Shown here one piece after another: positions 1 to 15,000 of a stretch of DNA of 32,000 nucleotides; within the stretch, counting starts at the first letter, position 1; each line of letters begins with the position of its first letter. The position numbers and the translations under genes were made by a program. The stretch is taken from contig NZ_CP025989.1 in NCBI RefSeq assembly GCF_003072485.1, positions 540,001 to 572,000 of the forward strand. Reading direction: 5' to 3'. The notes below the pieces were generated by a model. That model was not told the origin of the DNA and did no database searches. It worked only from the letters and a program-made list of their open reading frames with translations. Origin of the DNA: Candidatus Fokinia solitaria. GTDB lineage: Bacteria > Pseudomonadota > Alphaproteobacteria > Rickettsiales > Midichloriaceae.

Positions 1-3000
1 GATTGTTCCATTCCACTAATATCTTTCTCACGCATCTTATACTTAGATGGCATGGTAATCCTCTGTTCTGTAAAGTGACGAACATCACTTAGACAACTTT
101 GAACATTGAATTCCATACTTTTTCTAAATCCATCTCGTACTATGAGCCATATATCATTTTTAACATTCTCATCTTGTCTAAACTCTTTGTTTTGCGCATC
201 AAATATTACATATTTACTAAGTGAAACATATTCTCTTCTCATTACAAAGTTATTATTTATTTGCTCTATCGCTTTCGATTTAGCTACAGCAAATTTCGAC
301 TGCAGCTCTAATAAGAGGATTTTATGCAACTCAAGATTATTAGAGTTAGTAACAGCTCTACCATAAGAAATTTCATTAATGCTATTAATACTGCTATCCA
401 ATTCATCCTCCGCACTTCGTATATCTTTCTCTTCTAGCATTGTCAATTTTCCAATCCTCTGCGCTACAAGTTCTGTTTCAGTGCTTAATTTTTTTAACGC
501 TTCTGCATACTCACTTCCTACTACCATTGCTACGCTGCGCAAATCTCCAATTATACTTGCACCGAAATTAGACACTCTATTATCTACTTCATCACAATCA
601 TCACTATAGCGATTATGGCATAATTCTTTCATCACAGCATATTCAGCGCTGTTCTTTACATCATCTCTAGCAGCAGCAACATAAGATTCGTAAACAGCAA
701 TATCAATTGCATTATTTATAATAAGAGGCGTAATTTTCAAAATCTTCTCATTCAAAGCTTTTGTACTTTTCTCTAATAAACGTTCAACATTATCAAGCGC
801 CTCCATATGCTCTCTATGCGCGAGATATGTCTGCATCTCTCTCACTTTATTGCTAAGTAGCGTATGTATAGTTTGCTTTTTGCTTTCAATTTTTCGAGCA
901 TTCTCTTGCAAAATAAACTGTAGCACCTTTGAATAATTCATAACGCGCTCATCATTAAAAGGTACTACTTTTTCACAAGAATTACCGCTTGGCAGTGTAT
1001 TACCTAAGCTTTCAATCTCTCTCGAGAAAGCAATATACTCGTTCTTTTTGCCACTCCATCCTTTATTTTGACCAATTTCTTCTCTAATAGTCTCCTCTTT
1101 TTTAGAGAGCTGACTCGCTTTCTGCTCTAAATTCTCCAACTTGCGCAACATACTACCACACTGCGCTATAGCACTATCATATTCTCTTACAGCAGAGTAG
1201 TTTACAGTACTCTCATAATTAGATATCGGCTTTAAAAGTCCATCTTGCAATTTTTGCTGATTCTTTGCAATCAGTTCATATTTGTCCTTCACATCATTAT
1301 ACCTCTCAACTTCGACAAGAGACTTTTTATGCCCTTCTAATACCTTCATAATATCAGTAAGGTAAAACTTCTCTAAACGAGATGCTTCAGCAGCAGCACT
1401 TTGTTTTAAAACATTCATATAATACGAAGTACGCAAGTCACTATGCTCAGCTTTAAGTTCAAATTTATAAGACGTAACGTACTCAGTTAGACTTTTAGCT
1501 ACAAGTGCATAAGCCTTCTCCATCTCTTTCCTAAAATAAGATATGTCATCATTGTACATCGATGTAACAAGTTGCCTAATTTTTTGCATACTAATATCTA
1601 ACTCTCCACTCGCTAAATTTCTACCTGCTATAAATTTATTCATATTAGCGTTGGACTTACTGATCATATCTTCCTTCTGCTTTGCGGTCCAATCTCCACT
1701 ACTAGTACGATAAGCTCTATAATCAACGTTATAATAAGAATATACCCAAGAAACAGCTTGTATCATTTCTAAAGAATGCATTCCTATCCCATTCTTCTTT
1801 GCAAAATTAGAAAGTTGTATATAATTATATCTATCAGTCTTAGCCGTCTCTACATCTTCCTTTAACTTTTCACGAAGTTCGGAATCAACTCCTGTAACGC
1901 TATCACTACCTCCTAACGAACTATCAGCATTCAAACTCAAAGGTGCTAACTTTTGTGATAATAGTTCTGTAAACTCTTTCTGCTGAGAAACAACAGTATC
2001 TCTCATCTGCTTAGTATGATACGAGTAATAGTACTCTCTTGCATCTTGCATGTGCTGATACTCCGTTCTAAATGATGAAAGAATATCATCTATTTTAGAT
2101 GAGAACGTCACGTCATTAACTTTATCGATACTCTTCAACTCCTTCTCTAAGTATTCAATCTCTGCCCTTCTCTGTACTATGTGACTTTGTTCGTAATACT
2201 TGATAGCTTCCATCTCACTCTTCTCACTAAGTCTATGCTGTAGCAGCTCATTCAACAAACTGCGATACTTATCTATAGTTTCATGATTCGATGGATCTGC
2301 TTTTTGCATTTCAAAAAGCTTCATTTCTGAAGATAATCTCCATTTTTCTTGTTCGATAAGAACTTTAAATGCTCGCTCTATTACAGAAACTCTTTGTAAG
2401 AGTTCTTGTTCTATACCATCACTAAAGTCTTTCTCATGCGCTCTACATAATTTCATCAAATGATCATTTAAAGCATTTGCTATCGAGATCGCTCTTGCAT
2501 GCTCATTAAAGGCAAGCAAAGGTGCGCTATCGATATTAGCTATAATGCCATTTACATCCAGCGTTCTGCAAGAAATCGTAGCATACTCGCAATCTCCATT
2601 AATTTTACTTATAAGCTGTTGAATGCTAGGGGAATATTTCTCATCCTTTGCAACAAGAGATTGCACGTCTTCATATGATTTAATATTTCCATCTTGCAGC
2701 TCTTTCTTTATATAATTTACAAGCTGTCCCGATAAATTTTGAAGATTTTTAATATCTACGCTCAGTTTTGCAGAGCTCTCATCTTCTGTACGTTGCAATC
2801 TTTTAAAATACTCGTTATCTGCTCCATGTTGCGCTTTATCATCTCTATCCTTGTCGCGCGGAAATGTCTTTTCACAAACAAGTTTCAAAAAGTCTGGAAT
2901 CTTATCGATACCACATTCCTTAGCTTTTTCCTCGGACATCTTTGTGTTCATATCAGCTAATAAGTACTCAACATTATAGCTATTACTGCTTTTCTGTAAC

Positions 3001-6000
3001 TCAATACTAAACGGATATTGTCTTTCTGCAATATTTGCAAAGCCATGAGTACCTTCTACTGGACATGATAAGAAAGCACTATATCCAAACGCCATACTAT
3101 TTTCATTTTTCAAGAATGCAAAAATCGTAGCGTCTGTAGCAGCAAACTCACTCAGTGGAATTGAAGCAGTTTTCAAAGTTCTCAATTCTGCAGCGCCGTC
3201 AGATACAATATCCTTAATTTGTTGCAATTTGCTAATAAGTGCACTCTGTAAGCTTTGTAGTGCTTTATCTGTTTTTCCACCTTCATCAGAGATTAATTGA
3301 ATATTTGATAAATCTAATTTTGCTATAAGCTTCGCTACTGAATCTATGTCATCGAACTTCAGAATATCAACATTAAAGATCTCGTACTTAGACAACGAAG
3401 CAATCATCTTACATACCTTCAAAAATGCACTTAGCGCATCTTCCATTTTTTTAATGTAGTTTATAGAATTCTCTTTCTTATTTGTTTTATAAAGTAATAC
3501 GTTATCTAAAAATTTAATAAAATGAGGATAACTCGCTATCATTTTAGCATCACTAAGTATATTAGCAAAATCCTTGTCAGCTAAAACATCCTTCAAATTT
3601 CCATATATTAGCTCTTCAGCTCGTATATTTATGTGAGTAGTATTAAAATTATTGATATTCTGCGTTACAATCTCCTCTGATAACTGCTCATTCAGCACTT
3701 TTAATTTTTCTTGTCTCTCTGCAATTTGTTTGTCTAAATCTTCTATGATACTGCTATTCTCAGCAGCTTCTGCAGCGGTAATGATATTGCCGTTATTTTC
3801 GCTATACCATTTATCATACACTGCTATCGCTTCATCTATTACTTCTGCGCGCTGCTGAACGGAAAACAGCTCTTCTATCATAGCGTCTCCAATCATCATT
3901 TTAGGATTATATGACGGCTCATTATCCTCTATAATCTTATGTATTGCACTTACCAAACGCGAATCAGCGTTAAACAATTTCAAGAAACTAAATACCTGAC
4001 GCAATACAGTCGTACCTGCTATATCTGAATTTTCTTCTTCTCTTTCTGCAATATACTCAGCAATGCTCTTATCGCGCTGCTCTATATCAAGCTGCAAAAA
4101 TCTTTGAGGAATAACATCAAATTGCTCCAATAATCTTACAAACATCTCTTTTATATCGAGTGCTTTATTATTAGACTCAATGAACATTCTCTCTGCTGAA
4201 GCTGATTGATGCAGGTAGTTCTTCATCTCGGAGTATATAGTGCTCATAAGGCTCACTGGCTCATCGTCTCTTAGATACGACCATATAGTTTTTACTTTGA
4301 ACGATACTGTTTCTAATTTCTTTAACGAATCTGCAGCATCATGTATTTCTTTAGAAAAGTCAGATGAAATAGCTTCATGTGCTATAAGAGATTTCTCCAT
4401 TATATCTACTAACGAGAAAAGATCTTGCGCATTGACCATATCATTATCACCATCAAGATGTTTTGCCATCTCAACCACTAATGAAAATAACTTCTCTACC
4501 TGAGTCTCTATAAAGCGTGAAATATCGCGCTTCATATTTTTTTCAGATTCTTCGCTCTTATATTGTATATTACTTAATCTCTTTTGTAGTGCCGCTCTAT
4601 GAATTGCATTCTCTTCTGAAGGATCGATAAAATAGCTACTAAGATAGTTACTAATACGGCCTATTACCCCAATAGTATCACCTATCTTTGAATCAGTAGC
4701 TTCATAAGAAGCAACTACAGCACGTATTAGCTTTTCTTTCTCTTTATTATTGAGATTGTCATTCAACCACTCGATAGCATCATTATCTTCTTTTGCAACT
4801 ATAGACAAAAGATCTGCAAGACGATACTGCGTATCTCCTAGCGACTTGAGGAAAGCTTCATCATCAATGTCTAGGATATTTACGTCTATATTAGGATTTC
4901 TAATCACATCATCACCTCGTACTTGCGCTTTTTCTAAAGCATCTTTAATTTTATCGAACTCTTCTGCCGTTAGCACGAAATCTTCAAGAAAATCTTCTCC
5001 ATTCGCAACAATTTTCTCTGCGAAAGCACGTAAGAAGCTATAAATATCAGGCATAACTTGATTACGAGCACTAATTCCTATTCGATCTGCGATATCACAT
5101 AACTCATAAGTACTGAGGGATTTGAGAGCACCGATCATCTTCTCCGCAGAAGGAGCTTTGTACGACTGATAACTGTTAAAAATCGCACTGCCAAGAATAT
5201 TCCATTGTTGTTCTGTGACCTTCTGACGTAAGGACGTTATAGCTGCTTTAAATTCCTCTGGTTCTTTCGCTGTCAACGTACCAAGTGAATAATCCACTTC
5301 TTCGGTAACAGATTGCGTTTCTTTATTAAAACGCTTTTGCACTTGCGCTTTGAATGAAGAAGAATCTTTTATAGAAAAATCACCAAGACCAAGCTCTTTA
5401 AATAAAGTAGCAATATCCTTATTAGCACGAACTACACCTAGATGTATTACAGTTCTCAGATTTTTTAATATCTCAGCAGTATTTTCATCGAAATGCTTTT
5501 TATAGTTATTTAATTCACTTTTCGCTTCTGAATACTCGCTCACAGTAGCATATATTCCTCCAAGCGACTGCTGCACTTTTTCGAAATCCTTCACACTTTT
5601 TGATAAAGAATCTCTACGCTTTGTTATTACCTCTACTTCTTTCTCTATTTTCTCTTTTTCTACTTTCGGTATAGCTACTGATTTCTTTAATTTTGCCGCA
5701 AATGAGCGAACAAAGTTATTTTCTACTGTACCTAAAGCATATTTCTCAAAATCTAAAACACCGTCGCGGAAAACATACTCTTTTATATCTTGTATAATTT
5801 GCGCATTATAAACTCCTCCAATTAACGCATCTACTCCAATATCTTCTCTAATGCGATAAATAGCACTCGAGAAAAGGCTTACTACTTCTGTATAATCATC
5901 AGGATTTTTACCTTCATTTCTTAAGAGATTATTACAATAATTACGTACCGCTACTTCATTTTCACTTTTCCAAGATGAACTGATGAATGAAGCTTCTGTA

Positions 6001-9000
6001 TGCGCAAGACATTTAGGGAAAAGTTCAGAGTAATAAAAATATTTTTCAGCAAAATCCTCCATGCTCTTCATATCGTATCTTTCGCTGATCGCTGCAAATG
6101 CAATAGTTTGCAACGGTATATACTCAGGAACGATCTCATTCGCACCTTCTAACAAATTAGATTCTTTTGCACTAACTATAAAGCGTGCATATTGCTCTTT
6201 CAAAAGCGCGACAAACATTTCTGCAATATCGGCTTGCTTCATATCTAATTTTTGCGTTACGTACTCTTTAAATTCATCGAAAATACCTTGTAAAGCTCCT
6301 AATCCAAATACTTGACTTAGCACTTGATCTTTTACTAAGAAAGCATGCATAGAAGATATATCACCAAACTGCTCAGCTGAAATATTACTTAATTTCTCGC
6401 TCAGATAATCATGAATACGTTTTACACTAGATTTAGATAATTTCTCTGGTACAAAAATTTCATTCCATTCAACACACTGCATTTCAGCAAGTAACGCTTC
6501 AATACGCTGCATTTCGTTACTATTCGCTCTGTCTTGATATTTCATAATATTACCATTTCTCAAAGAGCAAGATACGAAATTGGTCAATACTTGAGCAGCA
6601 AGCTGTTGAGAAAGTGAAATTTCTACATCCACTTCCAATAGTGGCGCCATAAACGCCTTATTGATATCACTGACATGTAAAGATACAGCATTTGAGAATA
6701 AACGCGCTGACGAATGATGTTGTATCACTGTATCAGTAAAAGCATTCTTAATAGCACTAAGATCGTTTACGATACTAGATAATTTCTCTTCTAAAATTTG
6801 AAGTGATAGCTTGCCTCCATGTGCTTCTTGCAGTGCATTGATACTTATACCTTCTCTACCTGTAGCAGCAATAGATAACTGATTAACGACAACAATGAAA
6901 AGATCTATCTTCTCTCTTGTCGTAGCATCAGAACGCGAATATGTGGAGAATATAGTATGCGCAAATTCCGAAATTACATCTTTCATTCCGAAGTGAGACG
7001 GAATCATCTTTCCTAATCTTTCTCTGAAAGACTCTGTATTAGGAAACTCCTCTGCACCTAGCTTATGCACTACATCTGCAATATTTTGCCAGAAAGCTTC
7101 TACGATAGAATTGGAATTTCTTTCGATCGCTTCTTCAAGTTTTACATCACTATCATCGCTAAAATCACTGCTATTCTTCAGAGCATTGAGAACACCATCA
7201 AAATCATGATGCCATTTACCATACGTTTTCTTCAACTCATTTCCATATTTCTCATACTCTTTACTGTTCACCATGCTTAAGTATGCCATTTTTACTATCT
7301 CACTAAATGACATATACTTTCCTGCTGCGTACGAATCCGATATCGTACGGTATTGCTTCGTAAAAGTATTCCACCAATGTTCTCTATCTAGCGTAGGCTT
7401 ATTAAACCAATTATTTCGCAAGTAGTTATCTTTGATATTTTTAAGAGTTTTAAAATTCTGCAGCTTATCATTTTCTGACAAAGTGCTATTTTCACTATCA
7501 TATTTCAACAAGTATCCTACTAAGACTTTCAACTCATTAGCTATTTGATGAGTATTTTCTATTTCTCGTACTACAACTCCTTGGTGGATCAAATCTGTAA
7601 TTTTCTTTTGTACTTCAGTTCTTATGCTAATTAAAAAGTCATTCTCAGTAATATAATCTTTACCAAAAACCTCTTTTACTATGCTAGATATCTTATCTTT
7701 ACTTTCATTCGCGAAGGATACGCTACCTCTTGCTGCAGTTTCTACCTCTCTTATGTCCAAATAACGAAATGCATCTGTCATAAATTTTAGAGCTTGGCGC
7801 ATGATTTCGCTGTAATATTTTCCTGGCAAAGCAAGTTTTTTGAGAGCTGTTGCTAAGTTTATATAATCTACAAATCTATTTTGGAAAACAGTTTTGCTTT
7901 CTTTTGACGTAACATTCAAACCAAACATTCCAGCAGTATGAATACTTAAAGCACGAAATTCTGCTGCATCTTCTACTAATAATCTGGCATTTTTCTCAAA
8001 ATTCGCCAATTCCTTATATATTTCATCTCTTGCGCCAATGAAGAAACGTTTCATTTCTGCCTCACTTAGTGAAGCTCCACCTAATGTTTTCTTCCATTCA
8101 TCTAAGGTATTATAAGTCGCACTTACTTTCGAAGTTAAGGCATTTCCCGCTAAATCTTCTATAGTGCTATCATAAATTTTACTGATATTATCCATCGCAT
8201 CGCTGATGAAATTTCGTACTCCAACATTTGTGCTGGTAGTAGATAATAGAACAGCTTCTACGATAGAAGGAGAATCTTTAGCAGGTACCGCAAAGAAGGA
8301 CGTTAAAGCTTTAGCAAAAAGCTTATCTGCTGGAGTTCTATTTTTATCGTCTTGTAAAAGAGGAAACGATGCACTATGAGATAACTGCGACGTAACGCCA
8401 AAGATTGATAAATCTGTATCTGACATCGTAGCTGACGCTCTATAGCCTGTTAAAGCACGAGGAAGCTCTTCTAAGAAAAGCACATCATTAGCTTTATCGT
8501 TTATCACTTCCATAAATTCTGCTTTCGTATTCCTTCTTCCTTGCCCCGATTCAAGTGCATTAAAAGCATCATAAGCAGATAATTGCATCAACTCTTTGTT
8601 GTATAAAAACTGATATTGCAAGGCTTCGTAAGCATCATAAAACGATAAAGACTTTATCTCTTTAAAAAGCGGATATTTTAAAAGCTCTTCCTGTGATTGG
8701 ATAAAATTCTTACCATTTACAGCATCTCTGTAAGATATGAGACTTTGAAGCATCTCTCTTTCTTTCACTAAAGCAGGGTTAAGCTCTTGCAATAAAGATT
8801 CAATTAGCTCATTAGCGCTATTCGCATATTTGCGATGCTCTTCCGTAATAGGAGATAACTTTTTCATAGTCCCCTTTATATCTTTTAGATATCTTGCTAC
8901 AAAAACGTTGCCTCGAGAAAGATTCTGAGAAAGATCTTTCCAGAATTTAGTAACTTGCTCTTCGAATTGCTGTAAATCAACATTAAAGATCGTAACAAGC

Positions 9001-12000
9001 GCTTCTAGCTCTTTTAATAATCTTGACTCACTATACTGCTCACCATCAGCAATAAGTTCTCGTACACCTTTCAACAACTCTGTAGCGCCAGCCTGATTAT
9101 CTTTCGCGACATATGTACTATCAACAAATTTTCGTAAATCTTCAAGCAATCCTTCACTATTACTTTTCCTACCATTTGCAATAATTTGTTTCAAATTCTG
9201 CAGAAACTCTGCAGCTTCATTCCAGTTATTATTAACTGCATTAATATCGATAGACGATTGCAAAGTATTTAATAATATCTTCGCATTTTCTTGTCTATCT
9301 TCTAATACACTTATATAGCTATTAAGCAATTTACTTCTCTCTTGAAAGCTGAAGATTTCATTTGATATAGAGTCTAAATATGAATTAATTATACTTTTAC
9401 CTTCTGCTAATTTTCCTAAATCTACTACACTTTTATCAGTAGTAAGAGCGTCACGTATTGCTTCGAAACGCATATTGAATGACGGATTTGTCTTATCGTT
9501 TGATATCTCCTTTAAAACAGTAGAAGTAGAATTAAGAATTGAACCATCATCCGCAACAGCTGCTTTCAAAAATGGTACCGCTTCATTTATAATATCGCTT
9601 TTCTTCGCTTGTAGCACTTGTTCAAATTCTTTAATAACCCTCTCTATTGTAGCTCTATTACTTTTATTAACTAAAATCATCAATTCTGATTCTTTATATC
9701 TGTCTACTATACCATGGTAAATATCAGAGATAGTAGCAACTCCTCCACTGATATATAAATCTACTTGATTGATAAATGCTTTCACAGAACTGCTATCTTC
9801 CGCAGTAGTAAATTGAATAACATGCTTCATAATCTGCAATATCTTTTCCAATTGCTCCTTCTCTTTGATCATTTTCATCACTTTCTCCGGCAAAGTATGA
9901 ATGAGCTTATCTTCTAAAGCACTAAACTCACTTCTCATATTCGCTACATCTGTGTCAGACAATATCGCTTTACTAGCAGCTAATTTATCAGCAAAATTCA
10001 AATCCGTCAAAAGAGCAGCTCTACTTACATTCGATGCTATTGTTGAGAATAATGGATCATTCCATAGAGTATCATCAACCTTTACTGAGTTACCTTTCCA
10101 TGCCTTATAACTATTTTGTAAACTAGTAACTTTTTCACTAATTTTAACGCACATCCATTTCTCTTCAGGTGAAATAGAATCATACTTATACTGTATCTCT
10201 TTCTTCGATGCCTCTTTTTTTGAAGTTGCACTCTGAGACTGTTTTATAGCTTTGAAAGCTTTATCCTTTACCAGCTCTACCACTGCTGAATTACCGCTAT
10301 AAACTTTCTTCACATATCTCTCAACTAAGTCCATTTCCGCTTGTATTATATACTCACGATATCTGTCTCCACTATCTATAGATGCCCATAATACAAGGAA
10401 TAATTTATCAAGAGCGACTTGCTTCCGATCGCTACTAAACCAATTTGTAAGCGCTTCTTTTACTACTAAATTTTTGTTTTCCGATAATCCCAATTTTCCA
10501 AGGTACTGTATAATTGCATCAGATGTCTCCTCTTTATCTCGAAGCGCTAATAACAGACGCTCACAGATTTCTTGATCAGACTTATACGGCCAAACATGAG
10601 AAGATGCAGAATCACCTTCTTTTAGATAAGAATACAGAGATTCTACCTCTTTTCTTAGAATTAAACCATCTTTTGAGTAACTACTATCTTTCCAAGCATT
10701 TTCAAGCTTCTGTACACTCTCATCAAAGATCGCTTTCTCTTTCTCATAAGAAGGATGAGATGTAAATAACAGCGAATAATTTTGAATTAGCTTATTAATA
10801 TCTTCAACGCTTCTACTTAGTCTGTCATATAAAACTCTTTGCGCCATACTCAGCACAAAAGTTATATCAAATACGGAATACCGTTCCGCTGCTTTATCCA
10901 CAATTCCTATAATTACTTCATATGCTTCACTCTCATTTATCTCTTTTTTCAGTAAAAGATCTTTCAATGCAGCAGGAGTGATAATATCAGCATTACTTTT
11001 ATCAAATAAATTACTTAACACTGAATCAATATTATCTTTTCTTTGTATAAAAGAATTTACTACCTTTTGCATCTCTTTTGCATAGTGCAAACGATATCCA
11101 GTATAATCATAAAGCGCTAGCTCGCTACTATCAAATTTTACATCAGAAACGTCACATACTGCACCATTATCGTACTTCTTAAATTGTGAAAAATTGAATA
11201 TAGTTTTAGAAATACATTTTTGACGAATATAATCAGCAAATGACTCACGATCATTTCCAGAGCACCTCCTTCCTTCATCTAAGATTTGCTGCCGTAACTC
11301 CGCAAATATGAGATTATGTGATAATTGTAAAGGTAGATTTTGTTCCTGTTCCAATAGTTCATTCTTCAACTCCACTGCAATCTGTTCAGAAATCAGTACA
11401 TCTTCTCTAGCTAATGATATAATAGCGTCATTTACATCAAATTTTTGATATAACGCAGAATCAGGCAGCATATTACCAACGCTTTTCAAATTCTTTTCAA
11501 ATTGCGCTTGAATATTCTGTACTTTTTCTAAGACCAAGACGTATTCATTATGTATTGTTGTATAAATGTTTTTCTCTCCGCTGCGCACACCATCTAAGAT
11601 TAGCTTAGCTTTTTTCTTTTGATATTCATTTAATAATACACGCGCTTCATTTTTTAACTGCAGATGAGATAACTTCGTATAAGAATGCTCTAAATTATCG
11701 ATAAGAGAACCGATAGATAAATCATCAATCTTCGCTTTTAATATATTACTATATGCCGTAATTAATTCTTTAATAGAATCTGACATATCTTCATTATAAG
11801 CAACTTCATTAACATATCTTTTATAATTAATTTCCTCTATCTCATCTTTGATTTTTCCTAAAAGAGCTGTGAATCGTTCTTTATTACTATTAAAAGCTGA
11901 AGCTATCTTATTTTGTTCTTTATTCACCAACTCTATGATATCACCTCGCTCCATTAATAATACGTCCTGATCATACTTTTCAAGCGAAGCTAAAAGAGCA

Positions 12001-15000
12001 CTTCTTATACTATTTGCTTCAAGTATAAGCGCAGCTTCTACAGCATCGTAATTTCTCTTAATATTACCTATCGCTATCTTCATCTGATTCTCTTGAGTAG
12101 AAATAAAACTATTCATCTCCACTTTTAAAGCTTCCATTTCCTTTAGCGCTTCCTTAGTTTCGAAAGCTTCATACTCACTAAATTCCTTCATCTTTGAAAC
12201 ATAATTTTCAAAAGGTTCAAGGGCAAGCTTCACGCTATTAGATTCTGTTAAAGGAGCAAAGTTGAAATTTTGAAATTTCAAGCTTTTGAAAAGCTCTTTC
12301 ATAGATATATCAGTTATCGCTTTCTGAAATTCAGCATAAATCTTCACAACATTCTCTCTCCATTCACGAATCTCAACTTTTATATAAAGATTTTTGAGTT
12401 TTACATCAATTGCGGTAGTAGCCTTATCCAATGCATCTCTGGAAAGTGCAATTTTAGACGACAAATCTTCGATTTTCGCTTCTGATGAGAATTTATGTAA
12501 TTTTCGCTCTATAGCTTCAACTTTTCTTTTAAATACAGCATCCCATTTGCTTATAGCGCTCTTTTCAGCTTCTAAAACTTTAATATGAACTTTATGATTC
12601 CTTACATGCTCAGAAGTGATTCTTAAGTTAGTACTGATAACTTCACGCAAGTTGAAGCCTTTCGTATCTTCTGCTACATCTCTTCCATCGTCAATATAAC
12701 GTAATAACGCATATAGCTCTTTTCCAATTTCATGAAGTTCAGTGGTAGCAAAACCAAAAATATCTAAATTTTTGTAATACTTCTCAGATAATTCGTATAC
12801 ATCTGCAATTTTAGAATCACATCCTAAGCTTTCATTATTCGAAAAACATGATATTTGACGTAATTCTTGTGCACTTTTAAGTTTATTATCTGCAATAAAT
12901 TTCTCTCTGACTTGCTTCACTCTACCCTTTGCTTGTTGAAACCACATAGCGATCATAGAGGTAGCGCTAAAATCTTTGATTAATGTTTTCTTAAAAAGAT
13001 CGAGTTCTTGCGCTAACTTACCACTATCCTGTAACTCTATTATGTATGAAGCATACTGCGCAACCTCTAATTCTCCTCTACTCTTTTCTATTACTACTTC
13101 GATAGGTGCGTATAATTTATCTTTCATCCCAGCTTTATAAGATGAAATACTCTTATGCAATTCTTCTAATGATTTTCTGTGCAATATACTTCCTCCTATT
13201 GAAGATGGCTTTAGTATCGATGATAAAACACCTCCTTCGTTATCGCTTTGCGATTGCTCAGATGCTCCTAATTGCCCATTCAAGAGTCTGACATGAGCTT
13301 CTATTTTCTCCAATAGAGTATCCGCCTGCTCTTGAGAATTAAGACTATCTTCTTGCAAAATATCTCTTAATGTATCATCTCCACTTTGAACTCTCTCTTC
13401 AAGAATAGAATACCAGCGCGCTTTTTTATCCATAACAATAGAAAGAGCATCACTGCGTGAAAGAACCTCTTCAAGCGTCTCTTCAAATTCCTTTAATACC
13501 GCAATTTTATCTCCTAATTCTCGTTTTTTGCTTTCATAATCTTCTACTTTATGTGCTGTAGCTTTTTGCTCTTCCAAATAATTTTTCAGTCTCTCATCTG
13601 TTATCAAAAGCGCATCTTTAGTGATATTTGCAAAAAATACATCATTCATCAAAGAAGATAAACTAGCCTCTGCTTCCTTTAATTTGATATCAAATTGTTC
13701 TTGGGTATTTTCTAGCAATTTACTGAGAGCTGCTATCTCTTTTTCTTTTTCATGTAACTCACTCGATGAATACGGAATAACTGCTAAAAGTCTTAACGAT
13801 TCAACTTTATCTCTCTGAGAAATTAATTCTTTCTGCGTATCTTCGATTGCTTTCTTAAAGTCTTCAACAACTCTATCGCGCACTTCTCCCAGAGCACTCA
13901 TGCACACATTGAAGTTATTGATAACAGATAACCCTAAATCAGCAGCTGCAACACTGCCATATATCATCTGTGCTCTATGAATTTGCTCAACATTATCGAC
14001 TCTAAGTTCAATATCACCAAGTACATCCATATTATAAGATTTCCACTTTTTAATACTCTGCAAAAGCTCTTTTTCTCTCTCTACCAAGTTATATTGCGCA
14101 ATTAAAGATGTTCGTTCATCTGCAAGTGTCTTAGCTATTCTATCTGCGTCATGCTGATCTTCCACTCCTTTTGAAAGAGATTCATCCTGTTTAATCAACT
14201 CATAAGCTTCCTTGATTAATAAAGCATTCACCTGTATTGCATCCTTCCGATATTCAAAGATTTCTTCTTCTATAGAAATGAAATCTCCAAACTGCTCTAC
14301 ATGCAATTTTTCATTTAATAATGCATCTTGCACACTTTGCCACATAGTGCCATTTATCGCTGCTTTTTCGAGATTTGACATCTCTATGTTGAATTTCTCA
14401 GCTTCTACGGGATAGCGCAATACATGTTGCCACAATTTCTCTCCTATCTCTTTTTTATTACTTATGCCACTAATTATCTTCTTTATTCTATGGAATTTTT
14501 CACTTTCTTCATTAGTGAAGAATTCTTGTATAACGTCTATCATCGATCTCGTTATATAGCCGGTAGCACTGAATGACATTACGCCTTCTTCAGTAACAAG
14601 ATCGCCTAATGCTGCATTTATATCCTCTTTTGAACATCTACTCTGTTCATCTTTACATTCGATAAACAACGCTTCTAATTTCTCCGTAGCTTTAATTCTC
14701 TTACTTTTCTCAGCATCTATTGCTTTATCAAAAATAGCTATAGCTTTTGGCTGAAGTGTATATACTAGTTCATCAAATTCATCATGTAATCCTATAATAT
14801 CGTCAACGTTTGTTTTATGTAAAAGTGCTATCAATTTATTATAGAGTTCCTTACTTTCTTTATTTGCTTTCCACCAATTTCCCTCTAAAAGCGACTTTAC
14901 TTTATTATCTACATTAGCTAAATAACCATAAAAATGCGTACGAACTACATCAGAGAATGAGTTACCTATAGCAGCCTCTTTCGAATGAGATACTGTATAT